64,000 bases of DNA from an uncultured Staphylococcus sp. (lineage in GTDB: Bacteria > Bacteroidota > Bacteroidia > Bacteroidales > Muribaculaceae). Both the position numbers and the translations under genes were made by a program. A model generated the notes under the pieces. That model was given only the letters and a program-made list of their open reading frames with translations. It was not told where the DNA came from and made no database searches. Shown here piece by piece: positions 1-10,052 of the stretch. The stretch is from the NCBI GenBank assembly GCA_964477665.1, contig CAYZFG010000003.1, forward strand, positions 16,776 through 80,775, in the 5' to 3' direction. The number at the start of each line of letters is the position of its first letter. Within the stretch, counting starts at the first letter, position 1.

Positions 1-151
1 AATACGGATTTTCTTTTGGTTTTATTGAAAATCTTCACTAATTTTGTGAAATGAATCAGACCTGCCAATGACCTCGACACGATACCATGTAAAAATGACG
101 ACCGCTACGGTCAGGACGTGACGGATTGTACGGCTTCCACGTTTCAACCAC

Positions 152-913
152 ATGCTCAACGAAATAAAAGAAATAATTCACTACTCGCCGCTTACGGCGC
201 AGATCGTGATCGAAAACGGTCCGGTGGCTCGTGCCGCCCGTCCGGGTCACTTTGTGATCGTGCGCTTTGACAGCGAGGGGATGCGCATACCTTTCACTAT
301 AGTCAAGACTTCGGTCGACGATGGCACCGTGTCGATCATCATCCACCGCGCCGCCGGCCTGGGCGACCTGCTTTCAACTCTTGAGCCGGGGATGGTGATT
401 CCTGACCTTCTCGGCCCGCTCGGCCAGGCAATGGAAATAGATGAAAATGCCACGGTAGTGTGTATAGGCGACGGCGCCGGTTTCGTGCCGTTGCTCCCCA
501 TCATCCGCTCCTGCCGCGAGCGAAATACCCGAGTGATCTCGGTCATCTCCGAGCAGTCGGCCCAGGCTGCATGCCTATTGCCTCTTGTGGAGAAATACAG
601 CGAGATTGTAGATGCAAGCGCTGAGGGCGTGGAGCTTACGCTCACTGACCTGATAGCTCGCGTCAACCCCGACCATATTATCATGTCGGGCCCCACCACC
701 CTGCTTAAGTCCATAGCCGACATCACCCGCGACAAGGGAGTGCGCGCTACGGCGATTCTCAATATGATGATGATCGACGGCGTGGGACTATGTGGTATCT
801 GCCGCGTGATGGTGGGAGGCAAGCGACTGCTCACCTGCATCGAGGGCCCGGCTTTCGATGCTCATGAAATAGATTTTGACCAACTTCTCAACCGCCAACG
901 CCATTTCGTATGA
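152..913 (+). CDS. NfnA/PyrK-like FAD/NAD-binding [2Fe-2S] electron-transfer subunit (ferredoxin-NADP+ reductase alpha type)
   Basis: GPLG, DGxGxCGxCR...C and C-terminal C-I-E-GP-x-F motifs; ATGA overlap with next gene. Confidence 0.85.
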   Translation: MLNEIKEIIHYSPLTAQIVIENGPVARAARPGHFVIVRFDSEGMRIPFTIVKTSVDDGTVSIIIHRAAGLGDLLSTLEPGMVIPDLLGPLGQAMEIDENATVVCIGDGAGFVPLLPIIRSCRERNTRVISVISEQSAQAACLLPLVEKYSEIVDASAEGVELTLTDLIARVNPDHIIMSGPTTLLKSIADITRDKGVRATAILNMMMIDGVGLCGICRVMVGGKRLLTCIEGPAFDAHEIDFDQLLNRQRHFV

Positions 914-2445
914 ACTCCACGATACCAAGCATCACATCCCGCGACGACAAATGGCGTGAAGAACTCCGCGCCTCGATTCCTACACGCGAGCGCACGGCAA
1001 TCCCCCGGGCCAAGATGCCTGAGGTCGACGCTGCTTACCGCATCACCTGCGAGGATGAGGTCAATCAGGGCCTGTCGCTGGAACAGGCCGTGCTCGAATC
1101 GCGCCGCTGCCTCGACTGCCCCGACCCGGGCTGTGTAAAAGGGTGCCCCGTTCACAATAATATCCCCGGATTTATCAAGAATATCGAGCGCCGCAATTTC
1201 AAGATGGCTCTCGAAGTTCTCGACGAGACCACGGTGCTTCCCGCCGTGTGTGGCCGTGTGTGCCCGCAGGAAAAGCAGTGCGAGGCCTCGTGCATATATA
1301 ATAAGATGAAGAAGCCGCCGGTTTCCATAGGAAATCTTGAGCGCTTCGTGGCCGACGTCAACCGCGCCATGGCCCGCATGGGCGCCACCGTGCCCTCTAC
1401 AGCTACCGAGGCCCCCGAGGTAGTGGAAGAGCCGGTACCGGTGCGTCAGGCTCCGCTCATCTCCATCAAGATTGCAGTGGTGGGCTCCGGCCCGTCGGGT
1501 CTGGCTTTTGCCGGCGACATGGCCAAGCGCGGCTACAGTGTGACGGTTTTCGAGGCTCTGCATCAGTTTGGCGGTGTGCTGAAATACGGTATTCCCGAGT
1601 TCTGCCTGCCCAATGCAGTGGTGGAATATGAGATAGAAAAGCTCCGCTCATCGGGTGTGGAGCTCGTCAAGGACTGCTTCGTGGGCAAGACTTTCTCCTA
1701 CGATCAGCTCCACGAGATGGGATTCAAAGGCATATACATAGCCACCGGTGCCGGCAAGCCCCGCTTCATGGGTATCCCGGGTGAAAATCTGCCGGGGGTG
1801 ATGACGGCCAACGAGTATCTCATCCGCCTCAATCTTCTGAAATCAAAAATCTACGGTGTCAACTCCACGAGCCTCCACGAGAAGCACGTGGCGGTGATAG
1901 GTGGCGGCAACACGGCCATGGATGCCGTGCGCTACGCCCGCCGTCTTGGTGCCAAGCGCGCCATGATCGTCTACCGCCGCAGCGAGGAGGAGATGCCCGC
2001 CCGCATCGAGGAGATACGCCACGCCCGCGAGGAGGGAGTGGAATTTCTCACGCTCCACAATCCCGTGGAATACCTGGCCGACGAAAACGGTTTCCTCCGC
2101 GCTATGCGCCTGCAACGCATGGAGCTGGGCGAGCCTGACTCTACCGGTCGCCGCTCGCCGGTGCCCGTAGAGGGCGACATCGAGGAAGTGCCGGTGGACC
2201 TGGTAGTGGTGAGCGTGGGCTCGCTGCCTAATCCGCCCAAGTCGCTGCCTGACCTTGAGATGACCCGTCAGGGCGGCATAGTGGTCGACGGCGCTTCGAT
2301 GAAATCTTCTGCCTCATGTATCTACGCCGGCGGCGACATAGTGCGCGGCCCGGCTACGGTGATTCTCGCCATGGGCGACGGCCGTCGTGCCGCTCAGGCC
2401 ATGCACGAGGCATTCCTGCGCAAGCTTGAGCAAATCGAACTATAA
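910..2445 (+). CDS. gltA: NADPH-dependent glutamate synthase small-subunit family / NfnB-like oxidoreductase
   Basis: RCLDC..PGCVKGCPV, CGRVCPQEKQCE, GSGPSG, GGGNTAMD, AGGD motifs. Confidence 0.85.
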   Translation: MNSTIPSITSRDDKWREELRASIPTRERTAIPRAKMPEVDAAYRITCEDEVNQGLSLEQAVLESRRCLDCPDPGCVKGCPVHNNIPGFIKNIERRNFKMALEVLDETTVLPAVCGRVCPQEKQCEASCIYNKMKKPPVSIGNLERFVADVNRAMARMGATVPSTATEAPEVVEEPVPVRQAPLISIKIAVVGSGPSGLAFAGDMAKRGYSVTVFEALHQFGGVLKYGIPEFCLPNAVVEYEIEKLRSSGVELVKDCFVGKTFSYDQLHEMGFKGIYIATGAGKPRFMGIPGENLPGVMTANEYLIRLNLLKSKIYGVNSTSLHEKHVAVIGGGNTAMDAVRYARRLGAKRAMIVYRRSEEEMPARIEEIRHAREEGVEFLTLHNPVEYLADENGFLRAMRLQRMELGEPDSTGRRSPVPVEGDIEEVPVDLVVVSVGSLPNPPKSLPDLEMTRQGGIVVDGASMKSSASCIYAGGDIVRGPATVILAMGDGRRAAQAMHEAFLRKLEQIEL

Positions 2446-2523
2446 CCACCCTCTCCCACATATATATATTATAATCATCGTCCAATAATCAACTTAATCA
2501 TTAACCTATAAATCACTAAGAAA

Positions 2524-3543
2524 ATGAAAATCGTAACTTTAGGTGAAATCATGCTCCGCCTTTCTCCGAAAGGATGCCACCGCTTTGTAGAAGTAGACAA
2601 CTTTGATGTAATCTGGGGTGGCGGTGAGGCCAACGTAGCTGTAAGCTGCGCCAACTATGGTCTTGACGCTTACTTCGTAACCAAGCTCCCCAAGCACGAA
2701 ATCGGTCAGGCCGCTCTCAACGCTCTCCGTCGTTACGGCGTGAAGACTGACCACATCGCCCGTGGCGGCGACCGCGTAGGCATCTACTACTGCGAGACCG
2801 GTGCTTCGATGCGTCCTTCTAAGGTTATCTATGACCGCGCTCACTCGGCTATCTCTGAGGCTGATCCCGAAGATTTCGATTTCGACGCTATCATGGAAGG
2901 CGCTGACTGGTTCCACTGGAGCGGTATCACCCCCGCTATCTCTGATAAGGCTGCCGAGCTCACCCGCCTCGCTTGTGAAGCTGCCAAGCGTCACGGCGTG
3001 ACTGTATCCGTTGACCTCAACTTCCGCAAGAAACTCTGGACCAAGGAAAAAGCTCAGTCTATCATGCGACCCCTCATGAAGTATGTTGACGTATGTATCG
3101 GCAACGAGGAAGACGCCGAACTCTGCCTCGGCTTCAAGCCCGATGCTGACGTAGAAGGCGGCGAGACCAACGCTGAAGGCTACAAGGGCATCTTCACCGC
3201 TATGGCCAAGGAATTTGACTTCAAGTATGTGATCTCTACCCTCCGCGAGTCATTCTCTGCTACCCACAACGGCTGGAAGGCTATGATCTACAACGGCAAG
3301 GAATTCTACGAGTCAAAGCGCTACGACATCAACCCCATCATTGACCGTGTGGGTGGTGGCGACTCTTTCTCAGGCGGTATCATCTACGGCCTCCTCACCA
3401 TGCCCACCCAGGGTGAAGCCCTCGAATTTGCCGTAGCTGCATCGGCTCTCAAGCAGACTATCCCCGGCGACTTCAATCTCGTCACCGTTGAGGAAGTCAA
3501 GGCTCTCGCAGGCGGTAGCGCCAATGGCCGCGTTCAGCGCTAA
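2524..3543 (+). CDS. kdgK: 2-dehydro-3-deoxygluconokinase (PfkB family)
   Basis: GGGEANVA, IDRVGGGDSF PfkB signature; adjacent to eda. Confidence 0.9.
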   Translation: MKIVTLGEIMLRLSPKGCHRFVEVDNFDVIWGGGEANVAVSCANYGLDAYFVTKLPKHEIGQAALNALRRYGVKTDHIARGGDRVGIYYCETGASMRPSKVIYDRAHSAISEADPEDFDFDAIMEGADWFHWSGITPAISDKAAELTRLACEAAKRHGVTVSVDLNFRKKLWTKEKAQSIMRPLMKYVDVCIGNEEDAELCLGFKPDADVEGGETNAEGYKGIFTAMAKEFDFKYVISTLRESFSATHNGWKAMIYNGKEFYESKRYDINPIIDRVGGGDSFSGGIIYGLLTMPTQGEALEFAVAASALKQTIPGDFNLVTVEEVKALAGGSANGRVQR

Positions 3544-3614
3544 TATAGCTGAATGTGAGGCAAATAAATAATTCTCAATTTTAAAATTCTCAATCCTAAA
3601 TTTCATCATAAAAG

Positions 3615-4283
3615 ATGGCACGTTTTGATAAAATCGCAGTGCTGAAGAAGATGGGCGAGACCGGTATGGTGCCCGTGTTCTACCACAAGGATGCCGAAGT
3701 AGCCAAGCAGGTTGTAAAGGCTTGCTACGAAGGTGGCGTCCGCGCTTTTGAGTTCACTAACCGCGGCGACTTCGCTCATGAAGTATTTGCCGAAGTTGTA
3801 AAATATGCCGCCAAGGAATGTCCTGAAATGGCTATGGGTGTAGGTTCAGTAGTTGACCCCGCCACCGCCGCTCTCTACATCCAGCTCGGCGCATGCTTCG
3901 TTGTAGGCCCGCTCTTCAACCCCGAAGTTGCCCGCATCTGCAACCGTCGTCTCGTTCCCTATACCCCCGGCTGCGGCTCTGTATCTGAAGTAGGTGCCGC
4001 TCAGGAAATGGGTTGCGATCTCTGCAAGATCTTCCCCGGCGACGTTCTCGGCCCGAAACTCGTGAAGGGTCTCATGGCTCCCATGCCCTGGTCGAAACTC
4101 ATGGTTACCGGCGGTGTAGAACCCACCCTCGAAAACCTCACCTCCTGGATCAAGGCCGGTGTATACTGCGTGGGTATGGGCTCCAAGCTCTTCCCCGGCG
4201 ACCGCGTGGCTGCCGCTGACTGGAAATATGTCACTGACAAGTGCGCTGAAGCTCTCAAGTATGTAAAAGACGCCCGCGGCTGA
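3615..4283 (+). CDS. eda: KDPG/KHG aldolase
   Basis: EFTNR, KIFPG, TGGV motifs of class I KDPG aldolase. Confidence 0.9.
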   Translation: MARFDKIAVLKKMGETGMVPVFYHKDAEVAKQVVKACYEGGVRAFEFTNRGDFAHEVFAEVVKYAAKECPEMAMGVGSVVDPATAALYIQLGACFVVGPLFNPEVARICNRRLVPYTPGCGSVSEVGAAQEMGCDLCKIFPGDVLGPKLVKGLMAPMPWSKLMVTGGVEPTLENLTSWIKAGVYCVGMGSKLFPGDRVAAADWKYVTDKCAEALKYVKDARG

Positions 4284-4309
4284 TTACCACGAGTTGATCT
4301 CTAATCACG

Positions 4310-4337
4310 ATCCCGACGCCTCCACCGGCGCCGGGAT
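4310..4337 (+). terminator. GC hairpin after eda
   Basis: atcccgacgcc-tccacc-ggcgccgggat stem-loop. Confidence 0.55.
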
Positions 4338-4432
4338 TGTCATTTTAGCGCAGGCGTCTTGACAGCCGTCGATTTTTTTATTACTTTTGCGCGCGGATAT
4401 TGACCCTAAAGAAATAATTTGTTTCCTCCACT

Positions 4433-6709
4433 ATGAAAAAGGCTTCTTTACTATTCCTCCCCTCGGCACTGCTTGCCGTCTCGGCAGCTATGGCGGCTCC
4501 CGTGAGCCCCGACGAGGCGCTTGCCCGTCTGGCAGCTGACCGGCATCTCGCTCCGTCTGTGAGCAATTCAGTCGCTCAGTTCTCCCTCACCGAGACCGTA
4601 GGAAATCTCTACATTTTCTCGGGTAAGACCGGATATATCGTCACCCCCGACGATGACTGCGCTCCTGCTCTGCTGGGCTACTCTGACCGCTCGGCTTTCG
4701 ATGCTGACGTCAACCCCAACCTCGCCTACTGGCTTGAGTTTCTCAACGGTCAGCTCGACTATCTTAAATCCAATCCTCAGCCGGCCGTCTACAGCGCCCC
4801 AAGCGTAGCCCGCGCCGAAATCGCTCCTATGATCGAGACTCGCTGGAATCAGGGGAGTCCTTACAATAATGATTGCCCTGTCTACAATGGCAGCCGCTGC
4901 GTGACCGGGTGCGTGGCTACGGCTATGGCACAGGTGCTTAAGTATCACGGCTATCCCGACAGCGGTACCGGCACGGCTTCTTATACATGGAATAATCAGC
5001 AGCTCAGCTTTGACTACGGCAACACCACTTTTGAGTGGGACGAGATGACCGATGTCTATGATGCTTCGAGCTCGGCCGAGTCTATGGCGGCAGTGGCTAA
5101 ATTGATGTATGCCTGCGGTGTAAGCGTTAGCATGAACTACTCGCCCTCATCGAGCGGCGCGGCAAGTATCTACATTCCCGGCGCCCTTATCGACCATTTC
5201 AATTACGACAAAGCCATCTATCTCGCCCAGCGCAACGCTTATGGCATACTCGACTGGGAAGAGCTGATATACAATGAGTTGAAAGAGGGTCGCCCGGTGC
5301 TCTACGGCGGCCAGGGCTCAGGAGGCGGCCACGAGTTTGTGTGCGACGGCTACAGCTCCGACGGTTATTTCCACTTCAACTGGGGTTGGGGCGGACTCAG
5401 CGACGGCTATTTCCTCCTTACCGCCCTAAATCCAGGCAGCCTCGGCACCGGTGGCGGCGCGGGCGGATATAATATGGATCAGGATGCCGTGATAGGCGTC
5501 ATGCTCCCCAAGGCCGGCTCGCAGCCTACCTATATCATGTACAATATCGAAGATTTCTCCGCCGCAACCACCTCTGTAGAGCTCGGCTCAACTGTGGAAT
5601 TTTCAGGCGCTTTCATGAACGGCGGAGCAACTACCCTCACCAACGTCACTCCCGGTATCAAGCTCCAGCGCTCCGACGATAATTCCGCGCAATACATCGC
5701 CGCACCCTATGGAGTGAAGGAACTGCAGACCGGATACTTCTTCCAGGCCTATGATGTAAACCTCCCCGCTACTCTCGCCGAGGGTGAATATATCGTGACG
5801 CCGGCCTACAAGATAGGCGGCGGCGACTGGCAGGATATGCGCTCTTACATCAACGTCACCGGCAGTCAGATTGCCAAGGTGGAAGGCAACAATGCCACAT
5901 TCTCAGCTCCCGAGCGCGCCACCGTCACCGTGACCGACATCACTACCACCGGGAAGTACTACATAGGCCGCCTCACTCCCATGAGCTTCACCATCACCAA
6001 CCCCGGCACCGAGGAATTTGTGGGCGAGGTGATTCCTTCGCTGCTCAATGAGTCAGGCACACTCACCGCTCAGGGCGATGCAATTCCCGTAGACTTGCTC
6101 GGGGGCGCTTCGCAGCAGCTGAGTGATGTCTCGGTATCGTTTGCCGCACTCAAGGGTGCAAACTTCACCGCCGGAAATTACAGCCTCGTGTTTATGGACG
6201 GCTCACGTAATACCCTCAGCACCCCCATCGACGTCACCGTCGCAGCCAATCCCGGCACGCCTACAGTATCGGCATCGGCTTTCGATCTCGTATCGGCGGC
6301 CGACAAGGCGGCAGTAAAATTCAATGTCGGAATCCGTTGCTCGGCAGGCTATTGCGCCAATTCTTTCCGTGTGGTCGTCTTCCCATACACGAGCGGCAGC
6401 GTCACAAGTGTATACTCGGCCGACACCCCCGTTTACTACCTCGACGCCGGTCAAAGCGAAGAGAAGACCGTGTCGCTCGACCTCACGTCGCTGGCCAACG
6501 GAAAATATTTCGCCATGCTCTACAGCGGCAGCTCTCAGTTAAGCTCCAAGCAGATAATCTTTGAGCTCACTGACCCCGTCACCGGCATCGAAGAAGTAGA
6601 AGTCGAAGCCACCACCGAGGAAATATATAACCTCATGGGTATCAAGTGCTCGCGCCCCCTCGCTCCGGGCATATACATCATCAATGGTGTAAAGACTCTT
6701 GTAAAATAA
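4433..6709 (+). CDS. C10 (streptopain/SpeB-like) cysteine peptidase with prodomain and T9SS CTD
   Basis: Signal peptide, TGCVATAMAQ catalytic Cys, GHEFVCDGY His, HFNWGWGG; C-terminal IYNLMG...GIYIING. Confidence 0.9.
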   Translation: MKKASLLFLPSALLAVSAAMAAPVSPDEALARLAADRHLAPSVSNSVAQFSLTETVGNLYIFSGKTGYIVTPDDDCAPALLGYSDRSAFDADVNPNLAYWLEFLNGQLDYLKSNPQPAVYSAPSVARAEIAPMIETRWNQGSPYNNDCPVYNGSRCVTGCVATAMAQVLKYHGYPDSGTGTASYTWNNQQLSFDYGNTTFEWDEMTDVYDASSSAESMAAVAKLMYACGVSVSMNYSPSSSGAASIYIPGALIDHFNYDKAIYLAQRNAYGILDWEELIYNELKEGRPVLYGGQGSGGGHEFVCDGYSSDGYFHFNWGWGGLSDGYFLLTALNPGSLGTGGGAGGYNMDQDAVIGVMLPKAGSQPTYIMYNIEDFSAATTSVELGSTVEFSGAFMNGGATTLTNVTPGIKLQRSDDNSAQYIAAPYGVKELQTGYFFQAYDVNLPATLAEGEYIVTPAYKIGGGDWQDMRSYINVTGSQIAKVEGNNATFSAPERATVTVTDITTTGKYYIGRLTPMSFTITNPGTEEFVGEVIPSLLNESGTLTAQGDAIPVDLLGGASQQLSDVSVSFAALKGANFTAGNYSLVFMDGSRNTLSTPIDVTVAANPGTPTVSASAFDLVSAADKAAVKFNVGIRCSAGYCANSFRVVVFPYTSGSVTSVYSADTPVYYLDAGQSEEKTVSLDLTSLANGKYFAMLYSGSSQLSSKQIIFELTDPVTGIEEVEVEATTEEIYNLMGIKCSRPLAPGIYIINGVKTLVK

Positions 6710-6834
6710 TCCGCTATCCCCCCATCATTCCGGCCCGCCCGTCACCACGCGCGGGCCGGCTCTTTATCGGCCTTGCAATCAATCCTTTATACCTTATCAG
6801 GCCTTTATCACTTGGCAATGTGAAAAATTTTGAT

Positions 6835-6842
6835 TATCTTTG
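6835..6842 (+). promoter_or_regulatory. Bacteroidetes -7 promoter element for glmS
   Basis: TATCTTTG matches TAnnTTTG about 140 nt upstream of ATG. Confidence 0.7.
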
Positions 6843-6985
6843 CAGTCGGATTAGGCTCTAATCCTGATAATAAACCGGTTAACCATTAACACATCTCATA
6901 TCCACCCCTGCAACTCCGGAAACCATGCGCGTCCTGAGAGAAGGAAGCGCCGCAGGGAATATGAGCTTTATTTTGTAATTACATT

Positions 6986-8827
6986 ATGTGCGGAATAGTA
7001 GGTTATTTAGGCCACCGTCAGGCCTATGACATTCTTATCAGCGGACTCCATCGCCTCGAATACCGTGGCTATGACAGCGCCGGCGTGGCTGTAGTCAACG
7101 ATGACGGCTCGCTCGAAGTCTGCAAAGCCAAGGGAAAGGTATCTAATCTTGAGCAGGCCGCTGCAGCTGTGAATCTGACCGGCCACCTTGGTATTGCCCA
7201 CACACGCTGGGCTACTCACGGCGAACCTAACAATATCAATGCCCACCCCCATCTGTCGCAGGACGGCTCGATAGCTCTCGTCCACAACGGCACCATCGAA
7301 AACTATGCCGTCATCAAGCAGATGCTCCTCGACAACGGCGTGGAATTTACCTCCGAGACTGACACCGAAGTGCTCGTGCAGTTCATCGCTTACATCCGTA
7401 ATGAAAACGGCTGCACCCTCTTCGAGGCCGTCACGAGCGCCCTCCGTCAGGTCGAAGGTGCTTTCGCCATAGGCATCGTCGAAGTCAATAATCCCGATAC
7501 GCTCATCGTGGCCCGCAAGGCATCGCCGCTGGTCATAGGCGTGGGCGACGGCGAAACTTTCATTGCCAGCGACGCCACCCCTATCGTGGGGTATACTGAC
7601 AAGGTTATATACCTGAAAGACAATGAAATCGCTCTCATAAAGCGCGGCGAGGATCTCCAGATCATCAATCTTACCGACTTCCATAAGAGCAACATCGACA
7701 TTCAGGAAATCAAGCTCTCGCTCGCCCAGCTCGAAAAGGGCGGCTACGACACCTTCATGCTCAAGGAAATCTTTGAGCAGCCCACCACACTCTGCGACTG
7801 TCTGCGCGGCCGCATCGTGAATGGACGCGTGAAGCTCGCCGGCGTGGAGCTCAACCGCGACGTATTCACCAAGTGCAAGCGCATAGTCCTCGTGGCGTGC
7901 GGCACTTCTTGGCACGCCGCCCTCATCGGCAAGCGCCTCCTCCAGGACTTCTGCAACCTTCCCGTGGAGGTGGAATACGCATCGGAGTTCCGTTACTCCA
8001 ACCCCTATCTCACCCCCGACGATGTAGTAATCGCCATCTCTCAGTCGGGCGAGACCGCCGACACCCTCGCCGCCATCCAGCTCGCTCGCGAGAAAGGCGC
8101 ATTTGTCTACGGAGTGTGCAACGTAGTGGGCGCATCCATCCCCCGCAACACTGACTCAGGCACTTACATCCACGTAGGCCCCGAGATAGGCGTGGCATCC
8201 ACCAAAGCCTTCACAGGTCAGGTCACCGTCCTTACACTCCTCGCCCTCGCCGTAGGTCAGCTCCGCGGCACAGTGTCGGCCGAGACAGTAAAGACCATTA
8301 CCGACGGCCTCAGCTCGCTCCCCGAGACTATCGAAGAAGTGCTTAAGCTCGCTCCCCGCATCAAGGAGCTCTCCAATATCTTCACCTACGCGCGCAACTT
8401 CCTCTACCTCGGCCGCGGCTACAACTACCCCACCGCCCTCGAAGGCGCCCTCAAGCTCAAGGAAATCTCCTACATCCACGCCGAGGGCTACCCCGCCGCC
8501 GAAATGAAACACGGCCCCATCGCCCTCATCGACCAGGAAATGCCCAGCGTGATCATCGCCCCGAGCGACTCGCTCTACGACAAGATTATCTCCAACGTCC
8601 AGCAGGTCAAGAGCCGCGGCGGCCACGTGCTCGCCATCGTCAGCAAAGGCAACACCTCCATGGACCATATCGCCGACTACTGCCTTGACATCCCCGATGT
8701 CCACGAATGTCTCACACCCATCGTGGCCTCGATACCCCTGCAGCTGCTCGCCTACTACATTGCCATCAACAAAGGCAAAAACGTCGACCAGCCCCGCAAC
8801 CTCGCCAAGTCAGTCACGGTAGAATAA
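6986..8827 (+). CDS. glmS: Glutamine--fructose-6-phosphate transaminase
   Basis: MCGIVG N-terminus, HTRWATHG, SQSGETADT, RNLAKSVTVE C-terminus. Confidence 0.97.
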   Translation: MCGIVGYLGHRQAYDILISGLHRLEYRGYDSAGVAVVNDDGSLEVCKAKGKVSNLEQAAAAVNLTGHLGIAHTRWATHGEPNNINAHPHLSQDGSIALVHNGTIENYAVIKQMLLDNGVEFTSETDTEVLVQFIAYIRNENGCTLFEAVTSALRQVEGAFAIGIVEVNNPDTLIVARKASPLVIGVGDGETFIASDATPIVGYTDKVIYLKDNEIALIKRGEDLQIINLTDFHKSNIDIQEIKLSLAQLEKGGYDTFMLKEIFEQPTTLCDCLRGRIVNGRVKLAGVELNRDVFTKCKRIVLVACGTSWHAALIGKRLLQDFCNLPVEVEYASEFRYSNPYLTPDDVVIAISQSGETADTLAAIQLAREKGAFVYGVCNVVGASIPRNTDSGTYIHVGPEIGVASTKAFTGQVTVLTLLALAVGQLRGTVSAETVKTITDGLSSLPETIEEVLKLAPRIKELSNIFTYARNFLYLGRGYNYPTALEGALKLKEISYIHAEGYPAAEMKHGPIALIDQEMPSVIIAPSDSLYDKIISNVQQVKSRGGHVLAIVSKGNTSMDHIADYCLDIPDVHECLTPIVASIPLQLLAYYIAINKGKNVDQPRNLAKSVTVE

Positions 8828-8854
8828 TCCCCTGCCCATCCCCTGCCACCGTCA

Positions 8855-8893
8855 CGGCGGCCGCGCTCTCCCGAGCCGGCCGCCGATATTTTT
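8855..8893 (+). terminator. Intrinsic terminator of glmS
   Basis: cggcggccg / cggccgccg stem followed by atattttt. Confidence 0.7.
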
Positions 8894-8984
8894 CTTTATC
8901 TCAAAATTGAAGTTAAAATCGGCAATTTATTTAATATTCCTAAACAAATCGCATAAAATATTTGCAATCTCACGCCTCATGCAT

Positions 8985-8992
8985 TATATTTG
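8985..8992 (+). promoter_or_regulatory. -7 promoter element for the paralog/S8/paralog cassette
   Basis: TATATTTG with tttg about 20 nt upstream. Confidence 0.6.
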
Positions 8993-9084
8993 CAAAACAC
9001 TTAATCTTGATGTGAGATGAATAAACTAAAGCCTCTGAGAATGCTGTATTACTTACCCCAAGATCCTGAAAAACAATTAAAACT

Positions 9085-10038
9085 ATGAGACCTCTATTAT
9101 TTCTTTCCATTATCTTAGCAACTACTTTCCCCCTAAGCAGTCTGCCTCCTGAAATTATACTGAGCGAACCTGACGGAAATATCAGTGGACATGACTACGT
9201 GGATTTAGGGCTGCCCAGCGGATTGCTTTGGGCAACATCCAACGTAGGAACAAGCTACCATGATGGAATAGGCTATTATCTCGCTTGGGGAGAGCTTGAT
9301 GGTCGATATGACTTTTCACAAGATTCTTATGGATACTATCTTGGACAGGAGTGTAAGCAGGACTTTAGTAGAGATTTATATAAGAATATCGGCAGTGATA
9401 TCTGTGGTACTGAATATGATGCTGCTTCGTACTATTGGGGCAACGGGTGGAGAATGCCTCGGAAAGACGAAATAGCGGAATTATTTGCTTATTGTGACTT
9501 CAATTGGTCGTATGACGAATGGGCTTTCGGTTATAATTTCTTTGGACCTAATGGCAATAGTATTTTCTTCTATATCCCTCAATATGGAGGGTTTGCAGGT
9601 GAAGAAGAATCATATAATGAGTATTTCGAAGCTTTCTACTGGAGTGGAAATTCTGCTCCTTACGACACTGACAATGATTACTATTCCGGACCTTGTGCCT
9701 ACGCAATCGTCGGAGATGATATTGGTTTCAAGCTGGTTGATAACCTACCCAAATATGAAGGTGGATTTATAAGACCGGTCATTGATCCTTCTTATGCCGG
9801 CTTCACATCTGTCACGCCGGACTCTGACATTCAGGTAATATGCAAAGACGGCAAAATCTCCATTTCCGGAGGAAATAGCTCTTATAAAATAGAGCTGTTT
9901 AATCTCTCTTGTGCTGTCATATACTCGGGAAGCATAAGTCCTTTCGACCAAATTGACACCCCGGTTGAATCCGGCTTTTACATTCTCAGAATTTCAGATA
10001 AGGACAAAACCGCCCACGTTCAAAAAATCCGTATTTAA
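9085..10038 (+). CDS. Secreted DUF1566/Fib_succ_major-like (C-type lectin fold) protein with T9SS CTD, copy 1
   Basis: GHDYVDLGLPSGLLWATSNVG, WRMP, FYWS, GGFIRPV, then CTD (LFNLS...GFYILRI...K). Confidence 0.7.
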   Translation: MRPLLFLSIILATTFPLSSLPPEIILSEPDGNISGHDYVDLGLPSGLLWATSNVGTSYHDGIGYYLAWGELDGRYDFSQDSYGYYLGQECKQDFSRDLYKNIGSDICGTEYDAASYYWGNGWRMPRKDEIAELFAYCDFNWSYDEWAFGYNFFGPNGNSIFFYIPQYGGFAGEEESYNEYFEAFYWSGNSAPYDTDNDYYSGPCAYAIVGDDIGFKLVDNLPKYEGGFIRPVIDPSYAGFTSVTPDSDIQVICKDGKISISGGNSSYKIELFNLSCAVIYSGSISPFDQIDTPVESGFYILRISDKDKTAHVQKIRI

Positions 10039-10052
10039 ACTTTCAATCCATT

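Noticed and set aside
51-121. Thr-rich upstream ORF (MTSTRYHVKMTTATVRT) as an attenuator leader
   Set aside because: No terminator/antiterminator pair is evident and the downstream genes are not Thr biosynthetic; chance is plausible.
2459-2470. (AT)n tract before kdgK as a phase-variation switch
   Set aside because: Only about 5 units and not positioned between recognisable promoter boxes.
6945-6985. Canonical glmS ribozyme (AGCGCC near 6946)
   Set aside because: The downstream GACGAGG and pseudoknot core are absent, and only about 35 nt remain before the ATG.
7007-7915. Long antisense ORFs opposite conserved genes (also 13051-14211, 48587-49957, 51884-52699)
   Set aside because: Shadow frames expected from high GC3 codon bias; no motifs or independent promoters.
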